Assembly (NCBI GenBank): GCA_035448545.1
Contig: DAOTJE010000005.1
Coordinates: 57,878-121,877 of the forward strand
Origin: Sedimentisphaerales bacterium
GTDB lineage: Bacteria > Planctomycetota > Phycisphaerae > Sedimentisphaerales > Anaerobacaceae
DNA length: 64,000 nucleotides
Direction: 5' to 3'
Program-made: the position numbers and the translations under genes
The notes under the pieces: model-generated
The model's input: only the letters and a program-made list of their open reading frames with translations
What the model was told of the DNA's origin: nothing
Database searches by the model: none
Part shown: one piece after another, positions 9,448 through 18,871 of the stretch
How the letters are laid out: every line of letters begins with the position of its first letter
Numbering within the stretch: position 1 is the stretch's first letter

Positions 9448-9957
9448 GAGACGCTCTTGTCTCAGGTGTGCAGTCATATGCCGCCACGACTCAACGCAAA
9501 TCGCACCTTTGAATCTCCGCGGACGCACCCTGTATAGTGCGCCTGGAACACCGCCTCCTGGTCATCGGCGATCGACCACGTAAAGACAAATTGCAAAATG
9601 GACTTTAGCCCATGCGGCTCGTGCAGCACGGGCCAAAGCCCACCCTATGGTCCGTCCCTTCGCACATTCCAGGCATATCATAGACTGGCGGTACGCGGGG
9701 GATCAACCCTGTCTTCGGGTGCTTCCAGCGGATGCGGCCGGCGCACGATGGGTAACGTTAGGAACGGCCTTGTGGAAGGGGGGTGGTGTGGTAGAATCGT
9801 GCGGGCAGCCTACGGCGGCTGCCGGCGGGAGGCGATCTGAGAAAGGCAGGATGAGAATGAGAGCAACGGACGCCAAGCGCACCCCGCGTCACTGTCACTT
9901 CGCCGCAACGATCTGTCTGCTGCTGTGCGCGACCGCATGACCGACCACGGCGTCAGG

Positions 9958-10280
9958 GCTGACGAGATGGTCTGCGTGCTCCCGGACATCTTTGAGCGCC
10001 TGAACGACAAGGCTACGGTCTTCAGCCAGTGACGGGGCACCCCGGGATCCTCGTGAACCGGCTGGCATCGGCTCAGCTGGGCTACCGGTTGTTCGATGGG
10101 ATTGCCTCCAGCGACCGACGAGGCTTGATCCAGCCGTTCGACGAGGCCCCAGACTGCCGTATCTTCCTCTCCACCGGGGCCGGTGGGGGGGGCCTGAACT
10201 TGCAGAACGGCACCATGTTGGTCAATGCGGACCTGCCGTGGGATCCGGCGGTGCTCGGTCAATGGATCCGTCGGGCCTGC
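9958..10280 (+). pseudogene. Frameshifted remnant of an SNF2-family helicase C-terminal domain
   Basis: The frame ending in a stop at about 10031 reads ...DIFERLNDKATVFSQ*. The next frame continues ...GYRLFDGIASSDRRGLIQPFDEAPDCRIFLSTGAGGGGLNLQNGTMLVNADLPWDPAVLGQ, the classic SNF2 helicase-C pattern (KvlvFSQ / ldG..R..li..F / S.kAGG.GLNL / D.pWNPa). No N-terminal ATPase half is present and the motif VI region is degenerate. Confidence 0.5.
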
Positions 10281-10515
10281 GGCAATTTCTCGCCGGAATT
10301 CCTTGACGAGCCTGGACGGGTTCTCTACAATCCCTTGACTTTTGGCGACTCCAGAGCCGAGAGAAGACCTCTAATCATCTGCGGACAGAGTGACCGCTTG
10401 CGGCCTGCTGTGGGGTATGATGCCCAGCAGGGTTCTAAGCCGAAGGGTTCGTTTTATGCGGGGTCGGCCTGCGTGTGCAGTGCGGGACGCCGCTTAACCT
10501 AAGGAGAAGAATGCC

Positions 10516-12285
10516 ATGGCGACACCAGTTGAAAAATGGGTAGAAGAACAGGCACGGCTGGCCAAGCCGGATAAGGTCTATTGGTGCGACGGTTCGGATC
10601 AGGAAGCACACAAGTTGATCGAGATCGGCATGAAGGAAGAGAAGATCGGCGAGCACCCCATCTTCCAGGAACTCAACCACAAGGCTTGGCCGACAGCCTA
10701 CCTGCACCGAAGCCATCCGACGGACGTGGCGCGCACGGAGCAGTTGACCTTCGTCTGCCATCCCGAGAAGGACCAGGCCGGGCCGAACAACAACTGGATG
10801 GCTCCGGCAGAGGCCAAGGAGAAGCTCACCAAGCTCACCGACGGCTGTATGCGCGGCAAGACCATGTACGTGATGCCCTATATGATGGGACATCCCGATT
10901 CGCCATATGCCAAGAGCTGCGTGCAGATCACCGACGTGACCTATGTCGCGGTGAGCATGAGAATCATGACCCGCATGAGCAAGAAGGTTCTCGACAAGAT
11001 CGGCCACAGCGAGACCTTTGTGAAAGGCATGCACTCGGTGGGCGATTTTGATCCGAACCGTCGTTTCATTATGCACTTCCCGCAGGACAACCTGGTCTGG
11101 AGCATCGGTTCGGGGTACGGCGGAAACGCGCTGCTGGGCAAGAAGTGCTTCTCGCTGCGCATCGCGTCGTGTCTCGGCCAGCGGGAAGGCTGGCTGGCGG
11201 AACATATGGTGGTCATGGGGGTCCAGGACCCGCAGGGCAAGATCACGTACATCTGTGCGGCGTTTCCCTCAGCCTGCGGCAAGACAAACCTCGCCATGCT
11301 CGAGTCGGTGCTGCCCGGCTACAAGGTCTGGACGATCGGCGACGACATTGCCTGGCTGAACATCGGGCCGGACGGCCGGCTGTATGCGATTAACCCGGAG
11401 ACGGGTTTCTTCGGCGTCGCGCCGGGGACCTCGATGAAGACCAATCCCAACATGGTCAAGACACTCAAAGCCGGCAAGTTCTATCCGACGCTCTTCACCA
11501 ACGTCGCGCTCGACCTCGACAAGAACGAGCCGTGGTGGGAAGGCGCCGACAGCGGTGTGCCGAAACGCGTGGCGGACTGGCAGGGCAAACCGTGGACGCC
11601 TGATGCGGGCAGCAAGGCGGCGCATCCGAACTCCCGCTTCACCGTCTCCCTGTACAATGCTCCGACCCTGTCGAAGGAGTTCGACAATCCCAAAGGTGCC
11701 CCGATCTCCGCAATTCTGCTGGGGGGCAAGCGAACGCAGTTGATTCCGCTCGTCACAGAAGCCTCCGACTGGGCGCAAGGGGTGTTCTTCGGCGCCCGGA
11801 CGGGCTCGGAGACGACTGCGGCGGCCGCCCATCAGGTCGGTCAGTTGCGACGCGACCCGATGGCCATGCTGCCGTTCTGCGGATACAACATGGGTGACTA
11901 CTTCGGCCACTGGCTTCGCGTCGGCCAGCGTCTCCAGCACCCCCCCAGGATTTACGCGGTCAACTGGTTCCGGACCGACGACGACGGCAAGTTCATCTGG
12001 CCCGGATTCGGTGATAACATCCGTGTCATCAAGTGGATCCTTGATCGCGTCAACGGGCGCGTCGGCGCCCGGGAGACCCCCATCGGCCTGGTTCCGAACG
12101 TGGCCGATCTCGACCTGTCGGGTCTCAAGATTACCAAGGGCAACAGGGAGAGACTCTTCGAGGTCGACCGCAAAGCCTGGCAGGCCGAACTTCAGGACGT
12201 CGACCGCTTCCTCGGGCAGTTCGGCGCGCATCTGCCCGCCGAGATCCGCCGCCAGCGTGACGATCTGGCCAAGAACCTGGGGTAA
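10516..12285 (+). CDS. pckG: Phosphoenolpyruvate carboxykinase (GTP)
   Basis: 589 aa. VYWCDGS N-terminus, kinase-1a loop AAFPSACGKTNLAML, GDDIAWL. AGGAGAAG SD. Confidence 0.95.
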   Translation: MATPVEKWVEEQARLAKPDKVYWCDGSDQEAHKLIEIGMKEEKIGEHPIFQELNHKAWPTAYLHRSHPTDVARTEQLTFVCHPEKDQAGPNNNWMAPAEAKEKLTKLTDGCMRGKTMYVMPYMMGHPDSPYAKSCVQITDVTYVAVSMRIMTRMSKKVLDKIGHSETFVKGMHSVGDFDPNRRFIMHFPQDNLVWSIGSGYGGNALLGKKCFSLRIASCLGQREGWLAEHMVVMGVQDPQGKITYICAAFPSACGKTNLAMLESVLPGYKVWTIGDDIAWLNIGPDGRLYAINPETGFFGVAPGTSMKTNPNMVKTLKAGKFYPTLFTNVALDLDKNEPWWEGADSGVPKRVADWQGKPWTPDAGSKAAHPNSRFTVSLYNAPTLSKEFDNPKGAPISAILLGGKRTQLIPLVTEASDWAQGVFFGARTGSETTAAAAHQVGQLRRDPMAMLPFCGYNMGDYFGHWLRVGQRLQHPPRIYAVNWFRTDDDGKFIWPGFGDNIRVIKWILDRVNGRVGARETPIGLVPNVADLDLSGLKITKGNRERLFEVDRKAWQAELQDVDRFLGQFGAHLPAEIRRQRDDLAKNLG

Positions 12286-12321
12286 GGCCGGCCGCGTCCT
12301 GACGATCATTCAAGCGGAACC

Positions 12322-12364
12322 GGAGCCACGAGACCGTTGCGGTATCGTGGCTCCGAGGCTTTTC
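12322..12364 (+). terminator. Candidate intrinsic terminator after pckG
   Basis: Perfect 10-bp stem GGAGCCACGA / TCGTGGCTCC with a 13-nt loop, followed by gaggcTTTTc (short T-run). Confidence 0.45.
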
Positions 12365-12582
12365 ATGAGGTTCACAATCTGTTGGTGGTCTTCACGTCTG
12401 CCGGGCCCAGGCGGCCCGCGGGATTCAAAAGGAGATTGACAGGGTCAGGGGCATGATTGAGAATGGGCCGCACGCTTGTCTTGAGACAGGCCTTCCGTCG
12501 TGGCGGGCGGAAGGTGAAGTTGTTCGTCGGACCAGATGCCTCTTCTCGAACCGCTGACGGAAGGATCGAATAGGAGACTGCG

Positions 12583-14367
12583 ATGACAGCGAGCACCGGT
12601 CAACAGGGCCCGGCATCGGGCAACAAGCAGACGGCACGCGAGAACACGCGCATCGAGCGGGACCGCGAGATGATCCGAGCGGCCCGGGCGAAAGGACCGG
12701 CGGCGCTGCTCAAGACATTCGTTCGGCTGTCGGGTCCGGGCTGGCTTCAGAGCGGGATCACCGTCGGCGGCGTGTCCTTCGCCTCCAGCCTGTACCTCGG
12801 CGTGCTCAGCGGCTTCACGTTCCTGTGGCTCCAGCCGGTGGCCATGATGTGGGGCATTGTCATGCTGGCGGCCATCGCCTACGTGACGCTGTCCAGCGGG
12901 GAGCGCCCGCTGCGGGCGATCAACCAGCACGTCAGTCCGGTGCTTGGCTGGAGCTGGCTGCTGGCCTCGATGGCGGCCAACCTTGTGTGGTCGATGCCGC
13001 AGTTCAGCTTGGGCACGGCGGCGATTCAGCAGAATCTTCTGCCCGGTGTTTTTGGCGGCGGCGAAGGCAGCCTGATCCAGGGCGGCGCCGCCCGCGTGGT
13101 GGCGGTGTTGCTGTTTCTTGGTGTGTGCATCACGGTCTCGATGTTTTACAGTCTGGGTGGTCGCGGCGTACGCATCTTCGAGAACGTGATCCGCGCCATC
13201 GTCAGCATGATCGTGCTGTGCTTTCTGGCGGTGGTGGTGAAGCTGTCGATCGAGGGGGCGATGAACTGGGGCGATGCGGCCGAGGGGCTGGTGCCGAGGC
13301 TGCGGATGCTGTTCCGTCCCGTCGAGAGTCTGACGCCCTATCTCCAGGCGGTGGCCGAGGGAGGGCGGGCCTATTGGACCGAGCTGATTACCAGCCAGCA
13401 GCGCGGTGTCATCATCAGCGCCGTCGCCGCGACGGTGGGCATCAACATGACCTTCATGTTCCCGTACTCGATGATGCGGCGGGGCTGGGACAAGGACTTC
13501 CGCGGCCTGGCCATCTTCGACTTGTCCACCGGTCTGTTTGTCCCGTTCGTTCTGGCGACCGGTTTCGTCGTCATGGCCGCCGCCTCGCAGTTCCATACCA
13601 GACCGGCGCCCGGCTTCGTGCCGGAGGTCGAAGGGGAGGTCGTGACGGTCGCCCCGGCGGCGAACCTGGTCGGTCCCTACAACGCGTTGCTGGAGCAGCG
13701 TCTGGCCTTTGAGATCGGCAAGGACGCGTTCGACAGACTGGCGCCGGAGGCGCGGAAGCAGGCGGTTGATGCGCTGCCGTACGCCGACAAACGCATGGCG
13801 GCCATGCTGGTCAAGCGGGACAACTTCAATCTGGCCGACGCCCTGGCGCCGCTGACGGGCAAGGGTATCGCGCAATACGTCTTCGGTCTGGGTGTCATGG
13901 GTCTGGGACTCAGCGCCGCGACGATCCTGATGTCCATCAACGGGCTGTGCTTCTGCGAGATGCTGGGCAAGACGCCGGGCGGATGGATCCAGCGGATTGG
14001 CTCGCTGATGGTCTCCGTCGGTGCGATCGGGGCCATCTTCTGGAAACAGCCGGCGCCCTGGCTGGCGATTGCGACGTCGGCCTTCTGCTCCGTGCTGCTG
14101 CCGATCGCCTACTTCACATTCCTGATCATGATGAACACCCGAAGCCTGCTCGGGGACGACATGCCCACCGGCGGACGCCGCGTCCTCTGGAATGTCCTGA
14201 TGGTGTTCGCCACCGCCGCGGGTACCTTCGTGAGCCTCTGGAGTCTGTGGCCGAGGATCGGCGCCTGGAGCCTCGTCCTGATCGGGGCCTTCATCGCATT
14301 GAGCCTGATCGTCCATGTGATCCGCATGGGAAAGGCCAAAGCCGGCGCGGCCGCCGCAAGAGTGTAA
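12583..14367 (+). CDS. NRAMP-superfamily membrane transporter, non-canonical metal site
   Basis: 594 aa, many TM helices. The TM1 region SGPGWLQSGITVGGVSFASSLYLGVLSGFTFLW aligns without gaps to MntH [33 protein letters not shown] (memory), but DPGN is replaced by GGVS. The 623-aa antisense ORF is rejected. Confidence 0.7.
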   Translation: MTASTGQQGPASGNKQTARENTRIERDREMIRAARAKGPAALLKTFVRLSGPGWLQSGITVGGVSFASSLYLGVLSGFTFLWLQPVAMMWGIVMLAAIAYVTLSSGERPLRAINQHVSPVLGWSWLLASMAANLVWSMPQFSLGTAAIQQNLLPGVFGGGEGSLIQGGAARVVAVLLFLGVCITVSMFYSLGGRGVRIFENVIRAIVSMIVLCFLAVVVKLSIEGAMNWGDAAEGLVPRLRMLFRPVESLTPYLQAVAEGGRAYWTELITSQQRGVIISAVAATVGINMTFMFPYSMMRRGWDKDFRGLAIFDLSTGLFVPFVLATGFVVMAAASQFHTRPAPGFVPEVEGEVVTVAPAANLVGPYNALLEQRLAFEIGKDAFDRLAPEARKQAVDALPYADKRMAAMLVKRDNFNLADALAPLTGKGIAQYVFGLGVMGLGLSAATILMSINGLCFCEMLGKTPGGWIQRIGSLMVSVGAIGAIFWKQPAPWLAIATSAFCSVLLPIAYFTFLIMMNTRSLLGDDMPTGGRRVLWNVLMVFATAAGTFVSLWSLWPRIGAWSLVLIGAFIALSLIVHVIRMGKAKAGAAAARV

Positions 14368-14388
14368 AGGACAATAACGGACTTCACG

Positions 14389-14427
14389 ACGAGCCCGGGG
14401 GACAGATCTCCGGGCTCGTTTTGTTTT
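14389..14427 (+). terminator. Intrinsic terminator between convergent genes
   Basis: Perfect 10-bp stem ACGAGCCCGG / CCGGGCTCGT with an 11-nt loop, followed by TTTGTTTT. Confidence 0.75.
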
Positions 14428-14452
14428 CGGGCGGCGCCGAGCGTTCGTTGCT

Positions 14453-15196
14453 CTATTTGGCGGGGATCAGATCGGCTTGCAGCGTGCCCTTGGAAAGGCG
14501 GAAGTCCTTCAGACGAACGCGTTTGTCCTCCACCTCGAAGACCGGCTCGAAGGACTCGCCGGCCAGCAGAGACGCGGCGATCTTCGCCCGGATGTCATCG
14601 GTGTCGACGGGCACGGTCTCGATACGCTCCTGGTACATCTTCTTCGCCAGCATCTTGGCAATCAGCGTGATGTTCACGGCGCCGACTTTGACCTTCGCAA
14701 CGTTCAGGTTCAGCAGCCCGGCGTCGTCAAGCTGCGGCTCCATCTCCACGGTGATCACCAGATTGGCCTTCTCGATGTCAGCGGTGCCCATCAGGACGAT
14801 GCGGCCGGGATGGAACAGCACTTCGGGCGCCGAGAAGACCACTCCGCCCGTCTCACGCGGCCATCGCAGCCGCCCGATCGCTTCATTGAGGGTCTGGTCG
14901 AGCACCGTCAGGGTGAACGGACGCTGACTCTGGGCCCCGTTGTAGAGCTGCGGGCCCAGTTCATGGGACAGATAGGGGTGAACGCGCTCGCTGTTGGTCC
15001 CGGAGATCTCGCGCACCGCCGGACGATACCGGGCCGGCCTGTACAGCAGCAGCGCCAGAACGACCACCGCGACGGTCAGGTCGATCAGCAGCCAGTAGAA
15101 GAGCTTCCTGTGTTTCGGTCTCTTCTTTGGCCTCTTCTCGGGGACCGGCGCCGCGTCGTGCGTCTGCGGTCCCGTTGTGTTATTGGCCAGCGTCAT
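14453..15196 (-). CDS. Hypothetical membrane-anchored protein
   Basis: 247 aa. Basic N-terminus (KRPKKRPKHRK), then one TM helix (LFYWLLIDLTVAVVVLALLLY). GC3-rich frame. No family recognised. Confidence 0.5.
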   Translation of the reverse strand: MTLANNTTGPQTHDAAPVPEKRPKKRPKHRKLFYWLLIDLTVAVVVLALLLYRPARYRPAVREISGTNSERVHPYLSHELGPQLYNGAQSQRPFTLTVLDQTLNEAIGRLRWPRETGGVVFSAPEVLFHPGRIVLMGTADIEKANLVITVEMEPQLDDAGLLNLNVAKVKVGAVNITLIAKMLAKKMYQERIETVPVDTDDIRAKIAASLLAGESFEPVFEVEDKRVRLKDFRLSKGTLQADLIPAK

Positions 15197-15347
15197 GTCG
15201 GTGCGATCCTGTGAAACCGCCGGAGGGTGACAATCCTATGGGCCGCGCACCACCCTGCCGACCCGAGAATTCAATCCCGTTCCGTCCGCGTCCTCCGGCC
15301 CGGCGGGAATCGTTGCCCGCAAATGGGTCCGGAAGCCGAAATCTGTC

Positions 15348-15376
15348 TTGCCCGATCGTGTCGGCGTGATTATAGT
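15348..15376 (+). promoter_or_regulatory. Sigma-70-like promoter candidate upstream of pyrF
   Basis: TTGCCC, 17-nt spacer, TATAGT, about 145 nt upstream of the pyrF ATG. Motif match only. Confidence 0.25.
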
Positions 15377-15520
15377 GGTTCGCACGTTTAAGAAAAGGGT
15401 TTTTGTGGCCGGGTTCGCGTCGGGTTCGGCACCGCCGAGCGGTTCGGATCGTGCGAGGGGGGCGCAAGTCCGGACGAATGGTGTGACCTGGAGCATTTGG
15501 AAAGAAAGGTTATTGGAGCT

Positions 15521-16471
15521 ATGGCGAGCCACTTTGCGGACCGGTTGCGTGAGGCTGTGCAGGCGAAGAAGACGTCCCTAATCGTCGGGTTGGATCCCGT
15601 GTACAGCCGGCTGCCGGCCGCGATTACCAGCCACCGCCAGATGAACGACGAATTCGATGCGGCCGCCGCCGTGGATGCGATTTTCGACTTCTGCACCCAG
15701 ACGATGCGGATCGTCGCGCCGATGGTGCCGGCGATCAAGATCAATATCGCCTATTTCGAGAAGTACCTTTGGGAAGGTCTGGAAACGTACTACGCCCTGA
15801 TCAACGAGGCCAATGATCTGGGCCTGGAGATCATCGGCGACATCAAACGCGGAGACGTGGGCCATACGGCGGAGATCTACGCTGCGGCGCACCTTCAGAA
15901 TCCTGAGCTTGCCGGTCTGGAAGACACGCTGGCGCCCGATGCGATTACCATCAACGGCTATCCCGGTTCTGACGGCATCGAGCCGTTCGCCCAGATGGCC
16001 GATTCGCAGGGCAAGGGCGTCTTCGTGCTGGTGCGCACGAGCAACGCCTCGGCTGCGGCGATCCAGGATTTCACCGATGCGCAGGGGCAGGCGCTGTACG
16101 AGAAGATGGCCCAGATCGTCAACGAGATTGCGACCCGCCCCGGTCGTGTCGGCAGCAGCGGATACAGCAACATTGGCATGGTCGTTGGCGGGACTGCGCC
16201 GGAGGTGACCGCGGCGCTGCGCACGAAATACGACAAGATCTGGTTCCTGGTGCCCGGATATGGCTCGCAGGGGGCCAGCGCCGCCGACTGCCTGCGGTTC
16301 TGCAAGCCCAACGGGACCGGGGCGCTGATCAACGCGTCGCGCTCGATCATCTACGCCTATGAGAAGCCAAAGTACCGCGACCAGTTTGGCGACGACTGGA
16401 AGAAGTGCATCGAGCAAGCGGTGATCGACGCGAAGGTCGAGCTGGCGACCGCCATGCAGAGCAAGCTGTAG
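15521..16471 (+). CDS. pyrF: Orotidine 5'-phosphate decarboxylase (long, type 2)
   Basis: MASHFADRL...SLIVGLDP, active-site GDIKRGDVGHT. GGAG SD before the ATG at 15521. Confidence 0.85.
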   Translation: MASHFADRLREAVQAKKTSLIVGLDPVYSRLPAAITSHRQMNDEFDAAAAVDAIFDFCTQTMRIVAPMVPAIKINIAYFEKYLWEGLETYYALINEANDLGLEIIGDIKRGDVGHTAEIYAAAHLQNPELAGLEDTLAPDAITINGYPGSDGIEPFAQMADSQGKGVFVLVRTSNASAAAIQDFTDAQGQALYEKMAQIVNEIATRPGRVGSSGYSNIGMVVGGTAPEVTAALRTKYDKIWFLVPGYGSQGASAADCLRFCKPNGTGALINASRSIIYAYEKPKYRDQFGDDWKKCIEQAVIDAKVELATAMQSKL

Positions 16472-16529
16472 GTGCTCTTCGTCGTCCGCGGTGGTGGACC
16501 AGGGACGGAGTCGTTCTCGGGTGCGGCGC

Positions 16530-17279
16530 ATGCAAAAGGGTGTTTCTACGACGAACGAGGCATCGTGCGCAGCCGCGTGCTGCACCGGACCGATGTTCGA
16601 CCGGATCGCCCCGACCTACGACCTGCTGAATCATCTTTTGTCGTTTGGGAGAGATGTCTCCTGGCGTCGCCAGGCTGCACGGTGCATCGGGGGTGACGGG
16701 CCGCGGCGGGTCGTCGACCTGGCGACGGGTACGGCCGACCTGCTGATCGCGCTACTGCGAGAGCATCCCCACGTTGTCGATGCCGTCGGGCTGGACTGCT
16801 CCGATCAGATGCTGGCGCTGGGGCGCGACAAGCTGCGTCGGTACGGCTTGGCCGCGCGGGGGCGGCTCGTGCGTGGCGATGCGACACGGACATCGTTTGC
16901 GGACGGGAGTTTCGACGTGGTGACGATGGCGTTCGGGATTCGCAACACGCCGGACCCGCAAGCCACTCTTGCCGAAATCTATCGACTCCTGGCACCCGGT
17001 GGCGCCGCCGTGATCATCGAGTTTTCCCTGCCCGCCCGCACCGTGGTGCGATGGGGGTATCTCGCGCATCTGCGCCTCGTCGTGCCTCTGATCGGTGCGC
17101 TGGTGTCCGGAGATCGGCGCGCCTACCGATATCTCAACCAGTCCATCGAGTCCTTTCACGGCCCGGCCGCGTTCTGTGCGATGATGGAACAGGTAGGCTT
17201 TTGCGGCGTCTCGGCGCAGCCTCTGACCGGAGGCGTCGCTTCGATCTACAGGGGCGGCAAGCGGGCGGGAAACGGGTGA
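16530..17279 (+). CDS. ubiE: Demethylmenaquinone/ubiquinone methyltransferase
   Basis: MFDRIAPTYDLLNHLLSFGRDVSWRR, SAM motif VVDLATGTADL, FGIRN. Start chosen at the ATG at 16530; the ORF is open from 16491. Confidence 0.85.
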   Translation: MQKGVSTTNEASCAAACCTGPMFDRIAPTYDLLNHLLSFGRDVSWRRQAARCIGGDGPRRVVDLATGTADLLIALLREHPHVVDAVGLDCSDQMLALGRDKLRRYGLAARGRLVRGDATRTSFADGSFDVVTMAFGIRNTPDPQATLAEIYRLLAPGGAAVIIEFSLPARTVVRWGYLAHLRLVVPLIGALVSGDRRAYRYLNQSIESFHGPAAFCAMMEQVGFCGVSAQPLTGGVASIYRGGKRAGNG

Positions 17280-17282
17280 CGT

Positions 17283-18662
17283 ATGAAGGCATCGGATCTG
17301 GCGGGCAAGAGAATTCTGGTGATGGGCCTGGGTCGCTTCGGCGGAGGCGTGGATGTGGTCCGGTATGCGGCCGGCGCCGGCGCGCATGTCACCGTTACCG
17401 ACCTGGCATCCGAGACCCAACTGGCTGATTCCATTCGACAACTGGACTCGTGCTCCGGTGTCGCCTTCCGGCTGGGCCTGCACGATCCGGACGACTTCGC
17501 GTCCGCCGACATGGTGGTCGCCAATCCCGCGGTCAAGCCCGACAACCGCTTTCTCGAAGTGGCTCGCCGGCATGGCAAGATCGTCACCTCGCAGGTGGGC
17601 CTGTTCTTTCAGTTGTGTCCGGCACGCATCGTCGGGATCACGGGCGCCAACGGCAAGAGCACCACGACCACGCTGACCGCACATCTGCTTCGCCGGGCCC
17701 AGAGTGACAGACCGTACGGCAACGTCTGGCTCAGCGGCAACATCGGCGATCAGCCCCTGCTGACCATCGTCGATCGCGTCCAGCCGAATGATGTGGTGGT
17801 CCTGGAATTGTCGAGCTTCCAGATCGAGCAGCTGGCGGAGATGGGCGAGGCCCCGCAGATCGCGCTGCTGACGAATCTGACGCCGAACCATCTGGACCGC
17901 TACGGTACGTTCGAGGCCTACTGCGCCGCCAAGGAAGGCCTGTTCAAGTATCAGCGGCTCGACGGCCGGATGCCGGCGGTCTCTCTGTTCAACGCCGAGG
18001 ATGAAGTCGGCTCGCGCTGGTTCGAGCGCTATAGCGGACAGAGCGGGCGGGTCTGCAAGAAGTTCTCCGCCGACGATGTGCCCGACAGATTCCGCCGGGT
18101 GTACCAACTGCCCGGCCGGGCCTACCTGTCCAACCTGGCCGGCGCCGTGGCGATCGCCAGGAATCTGGGTGTCCGCGACGATTCTATCGAGGCGTCGCTG
18201 CCGCAGTTCCAGGCCTTGCCGCATCGCCTGGAACTGGTGGCCGAAGGGCACGGCGTAAGCTGGTACAACGATTCCAAGGCGACTACGCCCCTGAGCAGCA
18301 TCGTTGCCCTGGAGGCTTTCGACCGGCCCGAAATCCTCATCGCGGGCGGCTACGACAAGCATCTGCCGTTCGATGAGCTCGGACGCAGGATCGCTCAGAA
18401 GGCCAAAGTTGCCATCCTGATCGGACAGACGGCGCCGCTGATCGCCCGGGCGATTGAAGCCGGATCGAACGGCCGCTTGCAGACGCACGTTGCGTTCGCC
18501 AAGTCGCTCGCCGAGGCAGTGCGGACCGCCCACGAGCTGGCCTGCCCCGGCGACGTCGTGCTGCTCAGTCCCGCCTGCGCCAGCTACGACATGTTCGAGA
18601 ACTACCAGCAGCGCGGCTACCAATTCGCCGAACTGGCGCGAGAGTTCGCCGCCGAGTTATAG
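17283..18662 (+). CDS. murD: UDP-N-acetylmuramoyl-L-alanine--D-glutamate ligase
   Basis: 459 aa. KRILVMGLGRFGG, P-loop GITGANGKSTTTTL, NDSKATTP. Confidence 0.9.
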   Translation: MKASDLAGKRILVMGLGRFGGGVDVVRYAAGAGAHVTVTDLASETQLADSIRQLDSCSGVAFRLGLHDPDDFASADMVVANPAVKPDNRFLEVARRHGKIVTSQVGLFFQLCPARIVGITGANGKSTTTTLTAHLLRRAQSDRPYGNVWLSGNIGDQPLLTIVDRVQPNDVVVLELSSFQIEQLAEMGEAPQIALLTNLTPNHLDRYGTFEAYCAAKEGLFKYQRLDGRMPAVSLFNAEDEVGSRWFERYSGQSGRVCKKFSADDVPDRFRRVYQLPGRAYLSNLAGAVAIARNLGVRDDSIEASLPQFQALPHRLELVAEGHGVSWYNDSKATTPLSSIVALEAFDRPEILIAGGYDKHLPFDELGRRIAQKAKVAILIGQTAPLIARAIEAGSNGRLQTHVAFAKSLAEAVRTAHELACPGDVVLLSPACASYDMFENYQQRGYQFAELAREFAAEL

Positions 18663-18871
18663 GAATCTCCCGTCCGGCTGCCGATCCCGCCGCAAAAAAT
18701 CTCTCCCTCCGTCTCGCGTTTTTCGGCTCGAAATGGACGGATCGTCCATCACAGGGGAGTCCTCTACCTTTTTCTCGGTGGTCCTGCGTCAAGTCGATGC
18801 CTTCCCGGGCCGATGGCTCCTCTGAATGACGCTGTAACAGCCCGGAGAAGGTCTTCGGAGGACAAAAACAC

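Noticed and set aside
9528-9957. About 430 nt of apparently non-coding DNA with several short hairpins (e.g. GGCAGCC-tacggc-GGCTGCC), considered as a possible ncRNA
   Set aside because: There is no recognisable RNA-family signature, promoter or terminator. It lies within an eroded low-GC island next to a pseudogene, so it is more likely decayed coding sequence.
12365-12582. Possible Mn2+ (yybP-ykoY) riboswitch in the about 220-nt leader of the NRAMP-like gene
   Set aside because: The hallmark GGGGAGUAG and the distal conserved segments are not present. Only generic hairpins (e.g. tgtcttgagaca) were seen. The transporter also lacks the Mn-binding residues.
12445-14316. 623-aa ORF on the minus strand, the longest ORF in this interval
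   Set aside because: It is exactly antisense to the NRAMP-like gene. It has a low-complexity Arg/Gly/His/Pro/Asp composition and no recognisable motif. This is the typical stop-poor antisense frame of GC-rich coding DNA.
16752-18623. 623-aa minus-strand ORF spanning ubiE and murD
   Set aside because: It is antisense to two well-supported genes with clear motifs. The composition is Arg/Gly/Ala/Asp-rich and no family is recognisable.
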